From a virus (taxonomy: Duplodnaviria > Caudoviricetes), in IMG/VR virus record IMGVR_UViG_3300026274_000003, positions 1 through 61,959 of that record: a stretch of DNA of 61,959 bases. One strand, written 5' to 3'. The translations under genes and the position numbers were made by a program. Shown here in pieces: positions 57,695 to 61,959 of this stretch. The number at the start of each line of letters is the position of its first letter. Position 1 is the stretch's first letter. Under the pieces are notes generated by a model that saw only the letters and a program-made list of their open reading frames with translations, did not search any database and was not told the DNA's origin.

Positions 57695-57728
57695 TTGCTT
57701 TTGTATTTGCCATATTGTACACTGGCAA
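57695..57728 (+). promoter_or_regulatory. Sigma70-like promoter with TTGCCA/TGGCAA repeat around -10
   Basis: TTGCTT-N17-TACACT; same geometry as 4679-4712. Confidence 0.65.
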
Positions 57729-57745
57729 TCTAAAGGAGACTCAGC

Positions 57746-58126
57746 TTGTCATACTATGAATTTAAAGTGGATCCAGTTACCTGCAACTGGCATCCTGAAA
57801 TGATTGCCAATCCTGATGCCAAATTTTGCTTCGTGTTTGATGCTCGCAATGTGTTCCGTGAACTTACCGAAAACGGCAATAACGTAATGCGCCTATCCAT
57901 TGCCGAAGCAACTACCAACTATTGTAAAGAACAAAACATAGATTTTTGGTATTTTGGCCCAAAAGATAGCGAAGAGTCTGACCATTGCCTATACACCACG
58001 ACGTCATCGTGGATAGTTGAACTACGCATGACTAAAAGTACTGATTTCAATATCTACAATTATCTGCTCCGACACTTAGATCATGTTGAAGAACGAAATG
58101 ACCAATCCATTGATTGCAATAGTTGA
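57746..58126 (+). CDS. Paralog family B, member 2
   Basis: TTG start after AAGGAG; KVDPVTCNW...F.F.F...IDFWY. Confidence 0.7.
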   Translation: MSYYEFKVDPVTCNWHPEMIANPDAKFCFVFDARNVFRELTENGNNVMRLSIAEATTNYCKEQNIDFWYFGPKDSEESDHCLYTTTSSWIVELRMTKSTDFNIYNYLLRHLDHVEERNDQSIDCNS

Positions 58127-58445
58127 TCCCCATGAAGCACAGTGGTTAGAAACCATGATTGCGCAGCCAGAATTCAAATATCGTATTAGGTTTGACGATG
58201 TGACGACGGTAGTTTCTAATAAATGGTCAATGTATCTGATCTTTCAAATGCTAAACGGTTGTGGCTATATTGATGGTGAGGATATGTATCTTTACCAAGA
58301 TAGTGAAGTTTTGGGAACACGACAAGAAGTATATGTGACTGGATTGGCAAATCTCACTAATATGCGATTATTAGGTAGGCCGAGTGACTTGAGCCAATTT
58401 AAGAAAATAACAATAATTGAAGAGAGAAATGGAAGCGATACTTAA
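58098..58445 (+). CDS. Paralog family B, member 3
   Basis: VDPHEAQW...KYRIRF...GEDMYLY...EVYV. Confidence 0.7.
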   Translation: MTNPLIAIVDPHEAQWLETMIAQPEFKYRIRFDDVTTVVSNKWSMYLIFQMLNGCGYIDGEDMYLYQDSEVLGTRQEVYVTGLANLTNMRLLGRPSDLSQFKKITIIEERNGSDT

Positions 58446-58749
58446 AACAGTAGACCCAGAAGTAGCTGGATGGATCGCTGATATGATTCCACTTATTGAT
58501 TATCAATATCGAATCGTGTTCAAGCCTCATTATGGAGTGTCTAGTAAGATATTCACAGTTACTAGATACAATACGTTCCTCAAACACGGCTATGAGGAAG
58601 ATGTGGATTTCATTGCTTATCAAGGAACCCAGCCTGGTGAAAGTGATGAGTTTTATGTAAAGAACTTATCAATACTAGTATGCTTGCAGTTGGCAGAACA
58701 AGAAAATAATACAATTAATATGATTATCGCAATTGAGGAGAGACAATAA
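58429..58749 (+). CDS. Paralog family B, member 4
   Basis: VDPEVAGW...QYRIVF...EDVDFIAY...EFYV. Confidence 0.7.
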   Translation: MEAILKTVDPEVAGWIADMIPLIDYQYRIVFKPHYGVSSKIFTVTRYNTFLKHGYEEDVDFIAYQGTQPGESDEFYVKNLSILVCLQLAEQENNTINMIIAIEERQ

Positions 58750-59108
58750 TGGATGATTTAGCACCGCCAGCAGTACAACCAGAACAGATTGAAGAAATCG
58801 AAGTCAATCCATATGAAGCAGAATGGGCCCCATTCACATTCTACAAGCCACTTGAGTATCGAGTGTTGTTTGAGAACAAAGATGAATTTGTGAATATTGG
58901 CTTGCTGAACAAGCTACGTGAACTATTGGAACAGCATCTGGGTGAAGAAGATGTCGATTATTTTATCGAATATCGCTATCGCAAAGATGCTGAGTATAGT
59001 ATTGAGCTATACAGCGAAAGTGTGGGATGGATGGTAATGACTAAGTTGTTAGATCCGGACAACAACACATTGCCTAGAATTAAACGAGTGGAAAAGAGAG
59101 TTCGATAA
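58749..59108 (+). CDS. Paralog family B, member 5
   Basis: VNPYEAEW...EYRVLF...EDVDYFI...ELYS. Confidence 0.7.
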   Translation: MDDLAPPAVQPEQIEEIEVNPYEAEWAPFTFYKPLEYRVLFENKDEFVNIGLLNKLRELLEQHLGEEDVDYFIEYRYRKDAEYSIELYSESVGWMVMTKLLDPDNNTLPRIKRVEKRVR

Positions 59109-59125
59109 GAACTGGTAAGTAGTAA

Positions 59126-59146
59126 ATGAGCCCTATTTGGGCTCAT
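59126..59146. terminator. Hairpin at convergent gene junction
   Basis: atgagccc-tattt-gggctcat. Confidence 0.5.
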
Positions 59147-59585
59147 CGACCAATCTAAAGATTTTACGAACGTGTTCTCTATGGCACAGCATCAGCATCA
59201 TGAGATCTGATTCACTGGCCAATTTGATGCAATTTACCCCAATAGATTCTGGGTAGGTATTGATCTTGGTCTTATATATTTTGTATTCGGAAATACACGA
59301 CTTCACGAAGTCGACCACAGCTTTGTGACCTTCTTCGATATGTTTGCGGTTTTTTGAGTCAAGCTTGGTGAATAGGTAAACCACATATTCGTATGGTTCA
59401 TTACCGTTTTTTGGTATATCACGAATCTTGAGCGTCTGATCTGCCGCTTTTTTGCTACGACTGTTCTTGCGGTTGATACTTCGTCCTTTTCTAGCTATGC
59501 CTCTAGGGCCCATGAATAGAACGGAAGAACGACGTCTAAGAGATGAAAAAGGTCTTAGACGTGCTCTACCTTTATGTTTTGCCAT
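59133..59585 (-). CDS. Basic hypothetical protein
   Basis: Arg/Lys-rich N-terminus; C-terminal ESDLMMLML. Confidence 0.7.
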   Translation of the reverse strand: MAKHKGRARLRPFSSLRRRSSVLFMGPRGIARKGRSINRKNSRSKKAADQTLKIRDIPKNGNEPYEYVVYLFTKLDSKNRKHIEEGHKAVVDFVKSCISEYKIYKTKINTYPESIGVNCIKLASESDLMMLMLCHREHVRKIFRLVDEPK

Positions 59586-60097
59586 TATGCAGTACGTTTA
59601 AGGATCAAGTCTTTGTTATTGGTGAAGAATTGGTTAAGTTCGGCAACAATAAACTTACCATGCTTACCAGTATAAACGCAATGATTACCAAACACGTAAT
59701 CTTCCGATCCTTCGAATGGAACAGCGCAGAAGAAGCCACGACGGTTGATCTTAAATGCTACAAACCATACGTCATCTTTTTCCACACAATCAAGAGTCTG
59801 TTCGATCCAAGTATCCAATTGTGGTACTGCACCTGGGGTTAGCAAGCTATGGAATGGGAAATCCGCATAGAATTTCATTTCCAATACCAACTTTGGCATA
59901 AAGTCTGGTGGTTGAATATCACCCTTTGCATGGCGTACTTGACCAGCACTCATATATTCACGACGCACTGCATTGATACCGCCAATATAGGCACCTGATC
60001 CTGGTACTCGAATAAATGATCCATCGAATACCCCAGCGAGAATTTTACACAGTTCGCGTTCGCCAGAATTTCCTTTCGCTTTCGCCTTACTTGGCAT
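59585..60097 (-). CDS. Holliday junction resolvase (PD-(D/E)xK)
   Basis: SKAKAKGNSGERE, RVPGSGA, GDI, LEMK; start at ATG 60097 chosen. Confidence 0.85.
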   Translation of the reverse strand: MPSKAKAKGNSGERELCKILAGVFDGSFIRVPGSGAYIGGINAVRREYMSAGQVRHAKGDIQPPDFMPKLVLEMKFYADFPFHSLLTPGAVPQLDTWIEQTLDCVEKDDVWFVAFKINRRGFFCAVPFEGSEDYVFGNHCVYTGKHGKFIVAELNQFFTNNKDLILKRTA

Positions 60098-60338
60098 GAC
60101 ATTTCCTTTTTGTGGCAAAAACGCTTGCTGCGGTTGCCAATCTTTGTTATTATTTGTGCATGGTAGACATGCTCTATGTATTTACTACAGATCAAAACGT
60201 AGAGCGCGGTTGGACGTCTACCTAGATGTGTTTGTGCAAGCTCAGTATATATTTAATACTATTAATGTTCAAATCGTCTGCTGGTCTGCCAGCGCTAATA
60301 TACTTTATAATTAGATAGAAACTAGATAGCAGCACCTC

Positions 60339-60366
60339 GAAGAGCAATGACCGGTCATTGCTCTTC
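60339..60366. repeat. Perfect 28-bp palindrome
   Basis: gaagagcaatgacc-ggtcattgctcttc. Confidence 0.85.
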
Positions 60367-60382
60367 ATTTTGACCATAAAAA

Positions 60383-60763
60383 ATGAAAATATACTTTGAC
60401 GGTGGCTGCAAGCCAAACCCAGGAAAGATGGAAGTGGCAATCGTAGTTGATCATGGAAATGGCACTTACGACAAGTATCACGAACGGTTAGATCAGGGAA
60501 CTAATAACGTTGCCGAATGGGCAGCGTTTCTGTGGGCTCTGGGGACCGCAATTGAACAAGGCAACACGCAGAACATTACTATTCTGGGAGACAGCCAGAA
60601 CGTCTGTAAGGCAGCCTCTGGTCTATGGAAGGTTAGTGCTGAGCATCTGAAGCCATACAAACGCGAATGCGACCGTATGATGGTAAACTATCACGGTCGC
60701 ATTGAGCATGTAAAGCGAGATTTGAATATTGCTGGTCACTACATTGAAGAAGTGAACAAGTAA
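60383..60763 (+). CDS. Ribonuclease HI-like protein
   Basis: IYFDGGCKPNPG, TNNVAEW, GDSQ, HVKRDLN. Confidence 0.88.
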   Translation: MKIYFDGGCKPNPGKMEVAIVVDHGNGTYDKYHERLDQGTNNVAEWAAFLWALGTAIEQGNTQNITILGDSQNVCKAASGLWKVSAEHLKPYKRECDRMMVNYHGRIEHVKRDLNIAGHYIEEVNK

Positions 60764-60976
60764 TTACAGAAGTGCCAATCCTGTCTTTTCAACAGTTTCG
60801 ATTCTTTTTTCTATAGCAGCGACACATTCTCTTCGTTCGTCAATGCTAATTGTCCAAGCTTCTTCTCGAGATAAGCTTCCTCGAGAATGCCACATAATTT
60901 CATTAATCTGTTTCGACAGCTCCTTTCGTTCATGCGCGAAACGATCTAGAAACTCACCAATGTTATCAGGTGGCAT
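60764..60976 (-). CDS. Small tail/baseplate assembly protein; probable -1 frameshift extension of upstream gene
   Basis: IMWHSRGSLSREEAW..S..ER motif; no SD before ATG; in -1 frame of upstream slippery site. Confidence 0.75.
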   Translation of the reverse strand: MPPDNIGEFLDRFAHERKELSKQINEIMWHSRGSLSREEAWTISIDERRECVAAIEKRIETVEKTGLALL

Positions 60977-60978
60977 TC

Positions 60979-61830
60979 TTAGGAGCTTTTGCCGAAAAAA
61001 TTCGCCGGATCAAATTCAATAGTGGTTGAAAATTCCTTTTCGCACTTAGAACAAGCTACCTGTTGAACTTTCTGTACCCCAGCCTTGTTTACTTCTTCAA
61101 GCGCGGCTTCAATCTTTGACAACCATTCACGACTGATGTTGTCAACAAATTCAGCAATATGTTCTGGGTCTTCAATCGCCCCATCAGGAACCACCACGCA
61201 TTTTACTGAACTAGCTAGTGCTTTCGTGTTGATTTTGTTAATTTTATCAAAACTAATACGGAGAGCGGCTTGTTGTTCTTCTTCGCCAGCTTTGGATTCT
61301 TCCAATAAATGCATCTTACGTGCTTCTTGGAAAGCACCAATACTGATCTGTGTGCTGGTAATCAGATTAAACGGTCCGATATAAGCGACCACTTCATCAT
61401 TCAATCGCACCGGATATTCTTCCTTCAACGGAATTGCGGTATCCAATACGTGTGAAATACTAAAAGCGTATGAGTTATCTGTTTGGCAATGAGGACACTT
61501 GCATTCGATATCCATTTGATCACCGTATGTTGCTGCTCTGATTGCCAGCAATAACGCATCAACGTCACATGTTGGCAACAATCTAGCATCAATCACTCCT
61601 GGTACGCAACTTTTGATAGTCTCTTCAATCGCATGACCACTCATCAGTGCGTCAGGACTCTTCATCAGCATTTCATCAGCACCGCGCATTGGCAATACTG
61701 ATACGTCATCGCCACTTAGTTCAAAAACAATATTGTCTATTGGTTGATAAAGACCACCACTAGGCAACTTTACTGATATTCCAGGTGCTCTAAAGTATTT
61801 GGCAAGTGGATTATGTTGGCTCTTATCCAT
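60979..61830 (-). CDS. Baseplate hub assembly protein (T4 gp26-like)/tail assembly chaperone
   Basis: NPL.KYFR.P...LPSGG.Y, KSPDAL.SG, D.DALL.AIR.ATYG, CPHC, C..C, FDPANFF. Confidence 0.85.
   Translation of the reverse strand: MDKSQHNPLAKYFRAPGISVKLPSGGLYQPIDNIVFELSGDDVSVLPMRGADEMLMKSPDALMSGHAIEETIKSCVPGVIDARLLPTCDVDALLLAIRAATYGDQMDIECKCPHCQTDNSYAFSISHVLDTAIPLKEEYPVRLNDEVVAYIGPFNLITSTQISIGAFQEARKMHLLEESKAGEEEQQAALRISFDKINKINTKALASSVKCVVVPDGAIEDPEHIAEFVDNISREWLSKIEAALEEVNKAGVQKVQQVACSKCEKEFSTTIEFDPANFFGKSS
60994..61000 (-). other. -1 programmed ribosomal frameshift heptamer T TTT TTC
   Basis: AAT TTT TTC in frame 0; -1 frame TTT TTT CGG CAA AAG CTC CTA AGA ATG is open into 60764..60976. Confidence 0.75.
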
Positions 61831-61860
61831 GATTTCCTTAATTAAGTATGCTGTTTTCTT

Positions 61861-61891
61861 TATTTATGATTGAAATAAAGTACATAGATAA
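61861..61891 (-). promoter_or_regulatory. Bipartite late promoter
   Basis: TTATCTATGTACTT-N10-ATAAATA. Confidence 0.7.
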
Positions 61892-61935
61892 TTTCTTCAC
61901 TAAATATTAGATAACGTTAATAAGTCAAGGTATCT

Positions 61936-61959
61936 ATGTCTGATCTTACCATGGAAGGC
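61936..61959 (+). CDS. Start of next gene (partial, unidentified)
   Basis: TAAATA at 61901-61906, AAGG SD, ATG TCT GAT CTT ACC ATG GAA GGC runs off window. Confidence 0.45.

Noticed and set aside
1155-61384. Many 60-175 aa ORFs antisense to or overlapping the called genes (e.g. 4195..4716, 5810..6334, 40035..40526)
   Set aside because: Shadow ORFs of well-supported genes with no recognisable motifs
1-61959. Stop-codon reassignment (TAG/TGA) as in some jumbo phages
   Set aside because: Standard code gives full-length genes at high density, including a 3729-aa ORF

Overview
62-kb segment of a lytic jumbo myophage with T4-related core genes. The gene set and order resemble Rak2/GAP32/Atu_ph07-type jumbo phages (inference from protein motifs; no search run). 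Layout: (1) 1-13.2 kb, + strand early/accessory genes with sigma70-like promoters: VWA-protein end, XRE HTH, NADAR, ClpP, Rnl1 RNA ligase, Pnkp-like phosphoesterase, HNH, a 4-gene paralog array, DHFR, ThyA. (2) 13.2-31.7 kb, tail-fibre genes enclosing a 12-gene sugar/modification cluster: PP-loop enzyme, 2OG-Fe(II) oxygenase, SDR epimerase, DegT aminotransferase, 4 glycosyltransferase-like genes, 2 radical SAM genes. (3) 31.8-53.3 kb, minus-strand baseplate operon: a 3729-aa protein, gp6, gp25, gp5/VgrG-SLT, hub, gp53. (4) 53.5-62 kb: gp55-like late sigma, gp47/gp46, a 5-gene paralog array, resolvase, RNase H, and a gp26-like gene pair. Most notable unexplained signals: a ~120-150 nt structured non-coding element in three copies (tandem at 21.3-21.6 kb, again at 46.9-47.05 kb) with covarying stems, next to a kissing-loop three-way junction and a local strand-skew anomaly; a -1 frameshift heptamer that would fuse the gp26-like gene to the next ORF; a bipartite late-promoter motif; and sigma70 promoters built inside hairpins that hide the Shine-Dalgarno (SD). 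No tRNA, CRISPR array, reverse transcriptase or integrase was seen. All protein calls come from motif recognition by eye.
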